Under the pieces are notes generated by a model. The model was not told the origin of the DNA. It was given only the letters and a program-made list of their open reading frames with translations, and ran no database searches. Positions 39,977-53,565 of a stretch of DNA of 64,000 nt are shown here, piece after piece. Source of the DNA: Octopus sinensis (Eukaryota); contig NC_043012.1 of NCBI RefSeq assembly GCF_006345805.1, positions 37,758,001 through 37,822,000 of the forward strand, written 5' to 3'. The translations under genes were made by a program, and so were the position numbers. The first letter of the stretch is position 1; every line of letters starts with the position of its first letter.

Positions 39977-40517
39977 GGCAAGACTTCCACCCTTCCACCC
40001 TTAAAAAAAATTGTTTTTTTCAACCCCACCCCCACCTTTTGGCTACAGGGAATATGAATCAGCAAAAAAATTGGCAAAACTCGACATTTCTAAATTACCC
40101 TCAACCCCACCCCTATTTCTTTTAGTTTTAACTTTTTGCACAATTTTTTTTTCAAAATATGCGGAAAAATATGAAGATTATGATTCTGAAAAAAATTTCC
40201 AAAAATCTTTGTAAATTTTGTTTTTAAGAATTTTTTTTCTAAATATGCGGAAAAATATGGACATCATGATTCGGAAAAAATTTCAAAACATTTCTGTACT
40301 TACAGTTACTGTTTTAGGGTTAGGGTTATGGTTTTAGGGTTTTAGGGTTAGTGTTGGGGAAAAAAGTCAAAATTGAAGAAGTTGGGGGAGATTTTCACAA
40401 TGCCGATTTTTTGCAATTTTCCGGAACCTCCGTAACCGAAAACAGGGATTTTTGGCAAAAAAATAAAAATTACAAAAATAAACAAATTTGTGAGAAAATG
40501 GGGGCAGAAGTCTTTCC
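39977..40517. mobile_element. 541-bp MITE-like insertion inside a SINE, containing TTAGGG-like repeats
   Basis: Splits the SINE sequence AATAAG|TACTAGG. TIRs GGCAAGACTTCCACCC vs GGAAAGACTTCTGCCC; possible 4-bp TSD TAAG/TATG. Confidence 0.72.
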
Positions 40518-40695
40518 TATGTACTAGGCTTACAAAGAATAAGTCCAAGGGTCACCTAGTTCGACTAAAGACGGTGCTCCAGCATGGCCAGTCAAATGAC
40601 TGAAACAAATAATTATTTTGCTCAAGTAATGCGATAGTAATAAGTTGGGTGTTAGAACTCAATATACATCTAAGACTTGAGAAGCGCCAGTCGAG

Positions 40696-43600
40696 TCATC
40701 ATCATGGCTCGGCTTCGCAAACGAAGATCAAGAAGGCTGGCCACGTCTTGTGCATGCATATGACTGACAAGTCCAATATGGGAAAGGCAGGTCCGTGAGC
40801 AGTGTCCACAGACGAAGGTAACATCCGGTGTGGTGTCAGAGGCGGCTTGCGCCTTCCTCCTGCGTCTCTTCTATGTTCTTCAATCTTGCTGACTGCGTTG
40901 AAGATCGTGTGGCGCCAGACATCATGGTCCGCAGCCAGGTCTGACCAGCATTGATGATTAATTTGACATGCTGTTAGAGTCTTCTTGAGGCAGTCTTTGT
41001 AGCACTTCCTTGGAGCTCCTCTCACTCGGTGGCCGGTGGAAAGTTCGCCAAACAGAGCAATCTTTGGAAGGCGATGGTTCTCCATTCTGGAGACATGCCC
41101 TGCCCATCGGAGATGGTACTTCAGTAGCGTGGCTTTAATACTGGGGATCTTGGCCTGCTCCAAGACTTCAATGTTTGTGACAAAGTCACTCCAGTGAATG
41201 TTGAGGATGGTGCGGAGACATCGATGGTGGAAGCGCTCGAGGAGACGGATGTGATTGCAGTAAGTGATCCAGGTCTCTGAGCCGTAGAGAAGAGTGGTGA
41301 GAACCACAGCCCTGTAGACACTGATCTGTTTTGTTCTTCAGGCCACCATTGTGCCAAACACGTTTGTACAATCTGCCAAAGGAGCCTTAGAAAATCTATT
41401 GTCAATTTCCTTGTTGATCCTTGCATCGGATGAGATGATGCAGCCCAGGTATGTAAACTGCTGTATTGATTTCAGTTCAGTACCGCAGATAGTGGTGTGG
41501 GGGTGGGCAGTATTCCTCTTGGGGTGTAGGTTGGTGATGTACCTCCGTCTTCTTGAGGCTGACCTCCAGGCCAAAGAGCTGCGAGGCGTCTGCAAAGCAG
41601 GACATGATGCGCTGCAGAGCTCGCTCTGTGTGAGCGACAAGGGCAGTGTCGTCTGCGAAGAGAAGGTCTCGGATCAACCTCTCCTGAGTCTTGGTGTGGA
41701 CTTGGAGGCACCGTAGATTGAAGAGACTGCCATCCAGATGATACCTAACATACACCCCATCCTCATCCTCCATATCTTCAGTTGCATGCTTGATCATCAT
41801 GCTGAAGAAGATGCTGAAGAGAGTCGGTGCCAGAACGCAACCCTGCTTCATGTCGTTGGAAATGGGGAAGGGCTCCGACAGGTCAGCATTGAGTCTGATC
41901 TGACCACACTGATTCTCGTGCAGCTGGATCACCATCTGTAGAAACTTGGTGGGACAGCCAAGTCATTCCAGGATGAGCCATAGTCCTGTCCTATTCACTG
42001 TGTCAAATGCTTTTGTAAGGTTGACAAAAGTAGCATAGAGTCCCCTGTTTTGTTCTCGGCACTTCTCCTGGAGTTGGCGGAGGATGAACACCATATCTGT
42101 TGTGCCTCTGTTGGCTCTGAAGCCACACTGGCTCTTGGGGAGGTTTTCTTCAGCGATGGTTGGAAGTGCTCGGACCAGCGAGCGAGGAGGTCCTGTCTAT
42201 CTGTACCGTGTAGGGGACTCTGGACCAGGTGGGTGGGGCCATACACTGCTTTCAGAGCCTCATAGAAGCCTCTATAGTCTCTGAAGTCAGCACATAGCTG
42301 GGTTCTCCATGCCAGTTGGTCCCACCACTCGTTCTGCATTTGTTTGAGTTTTTGCTGCAGGGTGTTGCATGCGTGCCGAAAGGTAGTTTTCTTCACAAGA
42401 CAGGTTGGTTGTGCGAGGTGGGCCTGATGAGCTGCCCTCTTCCTTGCTAGTAATTCCTGGATCTCCTTGTCATTTTCATCAAACCAGTCCTTGTTTTTCT
42501 TCTTTGTGTGCCCGAGAACTTCCATAGATGTCTTAAGGATGGCTGATTTCAGGTTCTCCCACAAGGTGTCTGGGGTGGTGTCCATCAGTGCAGGGGGATT
42601 TGTCTAGTCTTTGCTGCAGGTTTGTTTGGAACTTGATTTTCACTTCCTCCCGGCACAAGCTGTCGACATTGAGTTTCCTTATGGGATTACCTTTCTTCTT
42701 GGGTTTGGACAAGGTGATGGTCAGTGTGGCACTCTGCACTGGGCATCACTCTTGTGTGTAGAACGTCTTTCAGGTCCCGCTGTCGCACAAGCACATAGTC
42801 AAGTAGATGCCAATGCTTGGACCGGGGATGCATCAAAGTTGTTTTCAGACGGTCTTTCTGTTGGAAGATTGTGTTGGTAATAGCAAGTTGGTGCTCTGTG
42901 CAGAACTCAAGCAGGAGGTGCCCGTTGTCATTAAAGCCACCAATGCCGTGTCTTCCAAGGACTCCTTTCCAAACCTCAGAGTCCTTCCCAACTCTTGCGT
43001 TGAAATCGCCAAGGATCAGGACCTTGTCGTTTGCAGGGGTGTTGTTCAAGAGTCTGAGCAGATCAAAATAGAAGCTGTCTTTGTCCGCGGGATCTGCCAG
43101 TAGAGTTGGAGCATAAACACTGAAGAGAGTGAGATGTTGTTTGCTCTCCAGTGGTAGGCGCATGGATATGATGCGGTCTGAGTGGCCTGTGGGTAACGTT
43201 TTCAGTTTGGAGGTGATGGAATTCCTCACCACGAGTCCTACACCCGACACACGTTTTTCAGATGATGGTTTTCTGGATCAGAAGAGCGTGTAGCCAGCAC
43301 CGCGTTCTTTGAGGCTGCCCTCGTCAGCGAAGTGGACCTTGCTGAGAGCTGCTATGTCAATGTTGAGACGGGAGAGTTCATGGGCTATGAGAGCCGAATG
43401 ACGTTCCGGGCGGCTGCTGTCAGCCTTGTCAAGCGTGGTCCTGACATTCCAGCAGGCAACTTTCAACTCCTTTTTACTTTTCTTCGGTTTTGTTTCCATG
43501 TTTGTTCGACCGCTCTGAAGATGCCCGTTGACTGCGGTTAGCCAACTGGGTATAGAGGAGACAAGCTTTGTTTAGGCAAACCTTTTCTACTGCCCCTCTC

Positions 43601-44100
43601 CATGTGGAGCAGGCAGTGCTCTCCCTAAATAGGGCTGCTTGGTCGCTCAGGATGCTGCCAAGTGGTGTCGTCACCTCCGGATCGACAACCAGGCGACCAA
43701 CGTTCTGAGCCGCCTATATGTAGGGTTGAGACTACGGCTTTCAGTGACATCTTCCACTTTCGCCCCTTTCCCATCGCTGCAGGGCTTTTAGGATGGCTGG
43801 TCACAGAACGTGGACATGTCCTTTGGCCTGCGCTAGGGAGTTTTTTAAGGTGAAGTGCAGTGTGCGCAAACTGGCCCCACCCTTTAAGCATGAGGTTCAT
43901 CTGCCATGGCCTAGCAAGCTGGGATGGTGACAAACCTCGGGCCGTAGGTTTGAAGTCGGAGTTATTCTCTGCTAGGTGGGTTGCCAACCATGGCTGACGA
44001 GCCCCTCCTGCCTGTGCCATCCAAACCATGGTGAAAGAGAGAAAAGGATCCATGGTTTTCAGTAGGTGTATACTACCCGGTTGCCTAGGCCGGAGTAGGG
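40696..44100 (-). mobile_element. Near-full-length RTE-clade (BovB-like) LINE, disrupted
   Basis: APE endonuclease (ACWNVRT, ILGDFNARVG, HLLDYVL, TDHHLV), RT (KQGCVLAPTLF, LLFADD, FTYLG), C-terminus (LLYGSETW, RLPKIALFGEL) and (TGA)n tail at 40696. Several stops and frameshifts; 5' limit approximate; no TSD found. Confidence 0.93.
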
Positions 44101-44640
44101 GGTTAGCTTAGGAGACCCCACCTGGAGCCTTTGACTAAAAAGTCTACCTACAAGGCAGCAGAGCAAGATCAGGGAGTCGCACCCATTGATAGACGATGAG
44201 GAGGAGACTGGTTCTTACGCCTCTGCTCGGTCATTAACCAAACCGGGGTCCCAATGATCACGAAATTCCATTTGAGCTGTTGACCAAATGGTTCCTCCGC
44301 TTCTTCTGGGAGACAATGCCTCGGGGGAGACAAGGGACAGTGATAATACAATATATACATTTTATACACACATACACAGAGTTTAAAATGCAATATATAC
44401 ACCATATACAGAGTTTTAAAAAAATACAGAAAAATTGCAGAAATTGAAGAAAAAAAACAACAAATATCTTCCAAACTATAGAATTTTCTCAATAAAGCCA
44501 AGAGAAAAAGATATTTTATAAACACATTCTACCAGTATACGAAGTTTAAAACTTTTTAGTTACCTAGAAATTATGTTAAAAACTGCCGTTCAAACCGAAA
44601 AGATCCGAATTAACCTCCAAGAATACCCATTCCAATTGTC

Positions 44641-44676
<36 letters not shown>

Positions 44677-45749
44677 CAACAACAAAAAGATTAAGTTGTT
44701 CGACAAGCAGAGAGGGAGAGAGTGAAGTGAGTAAGGAGCAAAATGGAAAACTCGCAGGCTTACTTTTGAAAAACATGAAGGTAACTGTTCAAAAAGATCA
44801 ATTTACGAGATCCCACGTGTTGAACTTATTCGTATATTGATGATACTACCTCACTGGCCGTCTATAGAAAGGATTCCTCTGTTCCTGTTGTGAGTCCTTC
44901 TTTCATTGTGGCTGCTTCGGGTGTCTCTTAGCACCAGTTATCCTTTACAACTTGGTACCCCGAGCTAAAAGATCTACAGCTTTCGTTTCAACAGCCATTC
45001 AATTCCTATGCTGTTTCACGACGTTCAACTTCAGGATTGCTTCTACATTATTATTCATCACAAGAGAAAAGTTAAGAAAACTTTTTCTACGTTAAACTTT
45101 TTCATTTTGTCAATGACTTCCAGAGCCTATAACTAAAGGTTTCCTTGCGGCTGAGACCTTTGTGGTTTTTCCATCCTAACAACCTTTTGAACAGCTTCCT
45201 TCATCTCTTGCCAGGCGTCAGTTCATTCATTACACAAAGTCGTCGATTTGCTGAAAATAGCAGCAAAATGCAGAATTACATTTCCGAATCTATCAATAAT
45301 TGATCTTTTTCAAAAGTCAGCCGAGTACAGAGAAGTTACAAGTTCTTATATATATTCATTATTAATGCTATGAGGAAAGGCATGAACACCACAACACAAC
45401 GACACGAAAATATTTTTGTTATTGTTTGGCACAGTATGTTGTTTTTACCTCTAAATCGTAAAGAGCATTACAAAGGGGAGCAACTTTAGTAAACACGTTA
45501 CGTGACGAGAAAGAAAGAAAGAAAGAAAAGACATTCACGACGACGACGACGACGACGAGCGAAGCTTTTGAACTCCGAAGTCGGCTTTTTATTGTTTGTG
45601 GAATTCTTTCCTCTTTCAAACACCAAAAGAAAACAACATATAAACACCTTCTTTTTTTTTTTCTCTCTCTCTCTCTCTCTTTGATGATAGAGAAGACCGG
45701 ATTGCTGAAATCCTAACAATAAGAATATTTCAAGTGAACCCAGCTGAGA

Positions 45750-45814
45750 ATGCCAGCCGCAACTTGTTGTGTTGTCGGTTGCAACAATCGACATTCGTCG
45801 AGCCAGAAATTACG
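45750..45814 (+). CDS. THAP zinc-finger gene, coding exon 1 (MPAATCCVVGCNNRHSSSQKL-R)
   Basis: ATG at 45750 with A at -3 and an in-frame TGA upstream (45735-37). CC-x3-C start typical of THAP domains. Phase-2 donor CG|GTTTGT at 45815. Confidence 0.9.
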
Positions 45815-45957
45815 GTTTGTTTAGTTTATTTGTTGGTTTATGAACACACACACACACACACACACACATCCCTGCATCCACACACGCACACACGCATGCA
45901 TATATGACGTTCATAAACACTCACATCTATGCTGTACGTATGTGTGTATACATGTAT

Positions 45958-45990
<33 letters not shown>

Positions 45991-48900
45991 CACACTTATA
46001 TACATGTATGTTAGTATTTCTGAAATTTACTCGTTTTCTCTTTTTTTAATTTGCTGTTGTCATTGCTTATGTTGTTCTTGTTGTTGTTGTCACCATTAAC
46101 CTTTTTACCTTATTATCACCACTTCTATTATTGTTATTATTCGATGTGTCCCTGTGTCTAATAAAGACGAAATCCCCTGTTGAAACCCCTCTTGTTGACG
46201 ACCTTCGCCTTTCTTTCCCTCCCAAACTTGGCAGTTGAACCATTTGTTGACGTGTTCCTCTCCAACGTGGAAATGGCGTTTGGCCCGCTTGTTGTTGTTG
46301 CTGTTTGATGTTTGTTGTTTGGCCCTTCACCTCTTACACCTAACAATCATGTACATTCCTACCGTGACCATTTCTAAGACACTCTTTCACACTACATAAT
46401 TATATATGTCCTTATCTTTCTTTTTTTTTTCAAGTCCTTACAGTGTGGCTTAAGGTATTTGGCTGCTATTTTTACGACGACCACGTAAAGTGGTCACTCA
46501 TCGGCTGTTGTTATTGTTGTATAACAGTCCTTGCTCATATATATATATATATATAATCATACATGTATGTGTGTGTGTGTGTGTATCTCCAGATCCACTT
46601 TAATCAGATATATTCTCCTTTCAAAGGTGATAGGAATTGAGGGAAATATCATTGCTATTTCTAGCACGTCCTTGGCTTCCTTCCTTTCTTTCGTTTTTGA
46701 GACGTTAAAGTACGGTTTAACGGACTTTGGCTGCTATTTCTACGACCTCACAGAAGCTCAATCATCAGATGTTGTTGCTTATTGTTTAACCTCAGGCCTA
46801 ACTCTTCTGGTCCAACAGCCTTTTGGTTAATTTTTTTCCATCTCTATCTCGATCCACTTTAACCGAATCTGTCCGTCCCCCTCCAAAACAATAAAGCGAG
46901 TGAATTAAAGGAGATATCATTGCTATTTCTTGCACGTCGTTGGCTCATTTTTCTTTTCTTCTACTTAAAATGACCTGCCTCCATACCCGCCTGCCAGCCT
47001 TTATAATTGTACCCATTTTAAGTAAAAGGTCAATAATTTTGAGGTGAGCGGGTTTTAAGCAATAGCATCGACCCTAGTACATGACTGGTAACTTTGGCCT
47101 CTGCAGTATTTGTACAGGGACCGTGAAAAACGAGTAAAAATGCTGCAAAGCAATTCGCCTGACTCTGTTAACGGACCCGGCTGCTCATTGCCCCTCCGGC
47201 TTTTCTAATTATGTCCCTCGTCGCAGCAAAACCAGAAAAGCTGAAAGTCGATTTGGGTCTATAACTGACACTTAATTTCACAAGGGTACTCTGACGAGAT
47301 CTGAACTGTTGAAACTAATTACTAAATGGCATTTAATTCGGCATGATTACTTTTTCTACCACTTAAACGTTGTAATGGGGTTCTTAACGTTGATAACAAA
47401 ATCAGAAATGTTAGTTGAAGGAATACAGCCGACTCCAGTACTAGATCGATTCTTTATAAACCCTGTCAGAAAGTCTAACACAGGCTTTGCCAACTCGAAT
47501 TACATTGCGGGTCACTTTAATCACAGAAAGGTTTTTGAGGGCCGCTTGTATAATTTATGCACTAATCGTCAATTAATTACGTTACAGAATCAAGAATTTT
47601 TCCTACTTTTCGTTTGTTTAAAATTATAAAATTGTAGGCCATTGCTTTGTTTCCACTTATAAACCTTTGATTTATTTTGAAACAAAGGTTTTACACGACC
47701 AATTTTATTTTGGAATTAAACAATACTTCAAGAAAGTATCAAGTGGGCTGCAAGATAAAAGTCTGGTTGGCCAGCCCTGGTCTCACACAACACCACCTGG
47801 TATTTTTTCTGGTGCTCTGCCTGTTCTGCACTTCTCATTTTTAATATAATATAAGAACTGTATCTTCCATAAAATTCTTGAAAGTTGTGATTGCTGCGTC
47901 TTCTACAAAACAGAAGTCCAAAGTTTGTCGTTACCTCAGATTTTGAGAGGACAGGTAACACCCATTCTGTCTTTCGGCTCCCTTCAAGACGGATGGAAAT
48001 AAGTATCCTTCTTTCAGAGTCTTGGTCCAAATGCTTGCAACGGTGTGGATTGTGAAAGGCACTTGAAAACCAGATGGTTGGATAAACCTGAAAATAGATT
48101 AAGTATACCATATAAGAACAGGGCTTCAACACAGTTTCCATCAAGTTTCACTCTGAAGTTTTAGTCAGTTGGGGACTATATTAGAAAATTTTGCTTTGAT
48201 GAAATCTAACCCCAAACTTGTACAGTTCTTATTTATAAGACTGGGTGGCTTATGGCTGGGTACTCTATCAGATATGATGACGAGTGTCCTAATTGGTTCT
48301 ATCAACTGAACAGCCTACTCATGAATTTAGCATGCTAGTGGCTGAGCACTCCTCAGACATGCCTACCCTTAATGTAGTTCTAGGGGGATAGTCAGCATGA
48401 CACACTAAATGGGACAAGGCTGGCCCTTTTGAATTAAAGGTACAACTTATTTTTGCAAGCTGAGTGGATTGGAGCAATAAAGTGAAATAAAGTGTCTTGC
48501 TCAAGGACACAAAGCACCATCAGGAATCGAACTCATCACCCTATGGTTGTAATCTGAAAACACTAACCGCTAAGCCACATGTCTTCACAAAACTGGGTGA
48601 GAAGTGGACTCTAATGACTGGTCTTAGTCTCATCCCACCACATACCTTACTTCAAGTTAAAACAAATAACATCAGTTTAGATGTTATATAAATTGATAAA
48701 TGGATAACATGGCCGCTTTAATTCCAAGAAATTTCTGAATATTCATTTGTTCATCTAATCTTTGACAATGCCATCTGCAACTTTTCCAGTTTGACGGGTA
48801 AAAATGATTGACCCTTTGGCATTCAGATTACTCTGTCAAATGTGATGTTTGTTTATTCACATTGTGTTGAATTAATCCTTTGTTATCTCCTGTCTTCAAG

Positions 48901-49708
48901 CTTTAAATTCTGTGATTGCTTATTTTTTAGAATGACATTGTAGAGTTGGTGAGATGCCGGGTCTGGTCAGTTTGAATATAAAACTGGTAGAATTGGCCAG
49001 TTTAAATGCTACGCTCTTAGATATAATGCTCATTTATTCACATTATTTTGAATTAATCATGCAATATTTTGTAGCTTTGAGGCTTCAATGCTGTAATTCT
49101 TTATTTTTTTGAATGACATTACAGAACCAGTGTGATAGGCCAGACCAGGCCGATTTGAGCCCAAAATAGGTAAAATGTTTGGGTTAGATATGGCTATATG
49201 GCTGGTTCAAATGCTAATTGGCTAAAAAACACTTGGATTTTTTTTTTTCGTTTTTGTCTGAAATTTTAGCCGTAGTCTTCTTGGAACAGATATATTAATC
49301 AACTCCACTGTGCCTGATATTGAAGACACTGTCTGCTAAAAGATTACAAGGCCAGCATTAAATTGAATGAAATACAGATATATCATATTTTGAATCTCAA
49401 AAATTACCAATTCATATTTTTCCACTTGCAGTTATTAAATTACTAAAACTGATGAAACAGTATATTAAAGTATGTTCCTCTCAGTGGTAGGTAGTGGTGG
49501 TCTCCTATTGTATATGTACAAAAACCAGAGATTTATGTATCTGTAGGTGCAGGCGTGGCTGTATGGTAAGAAGCTTGCTTCCCAACCACATGGTTCCAGG
49601 TTCAATCCCACTGCATGGCATCTTGGGCAAGTGTCTTCTACAATAGCCCCAGGCTGACCTAAGCCTTGTATGTGCATTTGGTAGACAGAAACTGAAAGAA
49701 GCTCGTCG

Positions 49709-49741
<33 letters not shown>

Positions 49742-49766
49742 GTATATATATGTATGTATGTATGTG

Positions 49767-50342
49767 TACAAACGTCAGGTAAGGGTCCTTGAACGTTTTC
49801 ATCAGAGATGTCTCAGACACATTCACAATGTTGGCTGGACCTCAAAAATTCCAGACACACAGATCCTAAGGACAGCTGATATCTTGAGTATTGAGATGAT
49901 GGTGCACAAGCACCAGTTGTGTTGGACTGGACACCTTATTAGAATGGGAGGATAGAAGGATTCCTAAGCAGATGCTCTATGGAGAACTTGTGAATGGAAG
50001 GAGACTCCGGCAGAAACCAAGGCTGCGATTTAAGGACTGTGTAAAGTCTTCATTAAAGGCCTGTGATATGCAGGACACTGACTGGGAGAACAATGCCTGC
50101 ACTTTTGAGAGAGCACGTATCCAGCATGAAGGACTTAAGCAAGCTGCGCGAAAGCACATGGCTCGTATAGTGAATGGGGAAAGCTTGGTCTGCAATGTTT
50201 GCAGTCGTGTATGCTTGTCAAGAGCAGGGCTCATTAGCCACCAACGGAGCTGCAAATGCAAAATATAAGTTAGTCCTAGAGCGCACAATGTTCCTGAAGG
50301 TCGGCAATGGTCTTCCTCGGTCACGAGTGGATGGCCATCATG
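49767..50342 (+). mobile_element. BovB-like RTE 3' fragment inserted in the internal microsatellite of a SINE
   Basis: [41 protein letters not shown] head at ~49550-49710 and SINE tail at ~50575-50750 flank it. Confidence 0.88.
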
Positions 50343-50401
50343 TATGTATATATGTATGTATATATGTATATATATATATCCTAGTGGTTGAGGCTATACA
50401 C

Positions 50402-50481
<80 letters not shown>

Positions 50482-52206
50482 ATATATATATATATGTATG
50501 TATATATATATGTATGTATGTATGTATATATATATATATATGTATGTATGTATGTATATATATATGTATGTATATATTTGTGTGTCTTTATGTCTGTGTT
50601 TGTCCCCACCATCGCCTGACAATCGGTTTGGCAAAACAGTCTGATAGAATAAGTACCAGGCTTACTTAATAAGCCCCAGAGTCAATTTGCTTGACTAAAG
50701 GCGGTGCTCCAGCATGGCTGCAGTCAAATGACTGAAACAAGTAAAAGAATAAAAATATCATAAGAATGGTAAATCACAAGATTCCTTAGGACTTTAATAA
50801 TCATTTCTGCAATAGGTAAAAGTACAAGGTTTGACCCTCCAGGGAAGGGAGTAAATCGATTATGTTGACCCCCAATGTTTTGACCAATCCTTATTTTTAC
50901 CAACCCTGAAAGGATGAAAAGCAAAGTTAGTTGCAGCTGTGTTTGAACTCAGAAGGGGAAGCTGGAAGCAATGCCACAAGGCATCTTGTCCCGTGTACGA
51001 AGGATTCTGCTCTTCTCCAGCTTCTAATGATTTATTCCTTTTATTGGCCACAAGGGCTAATCTAAGTTATACATAAAAGATGACACAAGACAATACAAAG
51101 GGTTTTCACATTCGTGTAAACATTAAATAACAAAAATGAGGTAACAAGTAAAACTCCCTTCAGGGGGAGACACTTTAAAGGTTACTCATTGAAAAAAAAA
51201 AAAAAAACCCCACAAAAGCCACAGGTGTCTGACCAATAGGGCAAGAGCCCTTCTTTTAATCTTTTTACAGGTGTATTCTCAGAATTGTTCCACTCACACT
51301 GGCCATTTTCCCAACATCTACCCACCTATCCAACTTCTAATATTGAATCCATCTTCTACTTACTAGCTGCAATAAAATGCTTCACCACAGGAGTCTATCT
51401 CTGTGGTCCTTACCTCCAAATTTAAACAGATAATGACTTCAAAGAAATCATAAACACACCTTTCGCTTTACACAAATCTGCCTTGTTGCATAAAAGTTGC
51501 AAATGCTATTTCTCAACATGCAGTTAAAAAATAGAATATTAAATAATCTATCGAGGAGAAATGGTTAGGAGGAACTACTATGAGGGATTGAACCTGAAGA
51601 CCAAAATTATTTGGGTTTGACTGAAACTGGGTGATATGATTCTTCTGAGTGTCCACTAGACTATTTTATAACGAAGCCTCTGCAGGCTTATATAATGTAG
51701 TAGGATGTGCTGGACATGAAATTTAATATAATCAACTAGCCCCCCTCCCTCAAAATTTCAGGCCTTGGTGTCTATGGTAGAAAAGATTATTATTATTAAT
51801 ATCATTATTAGCCTCATGGAGGCAATGACAAATGACCAAGACCCATCAAGCTTAATTGAAATCATAGTTGTGGCAGATGCTGGTGGCATGTAAAGGCGGC
51901 ACCCATTACATTCTTGGAGTGGTCTGCATTAGGAAGGGCAAATCATACTGGAGTCTGGTGCAGCCCCTCAGCTTACCAGCCCTGGTCAAACCGTCCAACC
52001 CATTCCAGCACGAACATTGGATGTTAAATGATTATTATTATTATCATTATTATTATTATTAATGTCCTTGATCAAGGGTCTTCTTGATTAAGATGAAAGG
52101 GCCAATGTTAAACAACCACAAATTTTATTTAATTTCAATAAATTTTTTTCTCTGAATTTTTAAACTTTTTATTTTCTTATTTTTTGCAATTATTTTTTTG
52201 ACACAG

Positions 52207-52480
52207 ATTTTACCGAATTCCAAGAGGAAAGTACCAGCGGAGCAAGTTCATCAAGAAAATTGGCCTGCCTAATAATTGGCTTCCAAATAACAGCACCTGG
52301 ATCTGTTCGGTGCACTTTAAGTCTGGGAAAATCAGCAAAAACCGTCATGATGTGGATTATATTCCGACACTGCTTGTGGACGCAGCAAGGGACAGTGAGA
52401 AAGTGGTGAAGTTCCCAGCCACCAAATGTTTGTCAAATTCTGAGCTACTAGAAGGAGCATTCAGGGATCACATTACACAT
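52207..52480 (+). CDS. THAP gene exon 2 (FYRIPRGKYQRSKFIKKIGLPNNWLPNNSTWICSVHFKSGKISKNRHDVDYIPTLL...AFRDHITH)
   Basis: Acceptor tttttttgacacAG; 274 nt = 1 + 91 codons, matching the phase-2 donor of exon 1. Supplies the conserved P, C-x2-H-F and an AVPTIF-like box (YIPTLL). Donor CAT|GTAAAT. Confidence 0.92.
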
Positions 52481-53153
52481 GTAAATATAGATCTTATTCT
52501 TTCATTGGTTTTATAGTCAATCAATCAATCAATCAATCAATCAGTCAAACCAGAACCAATATTTATTTTATCAATCACTGTTTATTGAATGACAAATGTT
52601 ACCTTTTGATGAAAAAGGATGTAGTATGACACACCAGTCCATACCAGTGTACATAGAGACATATATATATATACACCACCACCACCACCACCACCACCAC
52701 CACCATCGTCGTCACTTCTTGTTCTTTCCACGTTCACATGGGCTGAATGGCATTTCTTCATTACAGCATCTTCTCCCCTCTGGTGTTTGTCGTCTCTTTC
52801 ATCAGCTTCTTCCTGTATCAGAGAAGATTTCACCATTTCTTCCCCTGTCTCCTTTCTTCGTTTTGATGTCCACTTTTCCATGCCTGCATGCAAATTTTCT
52901 ATGGCAGGGTACCCTTCATGCCCCCAACCCTTACCTGTTTCCAATCAAGCAAGGCAATATGTCCCTATGGCCAGATATATTTTGCTGGATACTGCAAATG
53001 AATGCCATTCATTTACAATAGTCATGCAAGGTCAAGAGGAGACATATGCACACACACACACACACATGCACATACACATGTATGCACAAACATATGCGCA
53101 CACATATATACATATATATATTCACACACACACATATATACATACATACACAT

Positions 53154-53188
<35 letters not shown>

Positions 53189-53309
53189 TGATTGGCTTCT
53201 TCCAGTTTCCATCTACTAAATCCACTCACAAGACTTTGGTCAGCTCATTGCTATAGTAGAAGGCACTTGCCCATGGTGCCATGCAGTAAGATTGAACCCG
53301 AAACCATCA

Positions 53310-53565
53310 TCATCATCATCGTTTAACGTCCACTTTCCATGCTAGCATGGGTTGGACGATTGACTGAGTTCTGGCGAACCAGATGGCTGCACCAGACTCC
53401 AATCTGATCTGGCAGAGTTTCTACAGCTGGATGCCCTTCCTAATGCCAACCACTCCGAGAGTGTAGTGGGTGCTTTTACATGCCACCAGCATGAAGGCCA
53501 GTCAGGCGGTACTGGCATCGGCCATGCTCAAATGGTGCTTTTTATGTGCCACCTGCACAAGAGCC
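53310..53565 (-). mobile_element. Short element matching the 3' tail of the 28.8-kb RTE LINE (representative copy)
   Basis: Reverse complement of AGGAAGGGCATCCAGC..AACCGTCCAACCCATGCTAGCATGGAAAG..TTAAACGATGATGATG. Copies near 715, 1415, 2030, 8810, 28716, 33740, 37893, 51850 and 56810. Confidence 0.85.

Noticed and set aside
40310-40350. Telomere or interstitial telomeric array
   Set aside because: Only a few imperfect TTAGGG units, inside a MITE.
43900-44340. HDV-like ribozyme at the RTE 5' end (known for some RTEs)
   Set aside because: Hairpins are present, but I could not fit the P1/P1.1/P2/P3 double pseudoknot by eye; an RNArobo/Infernal search is needed.
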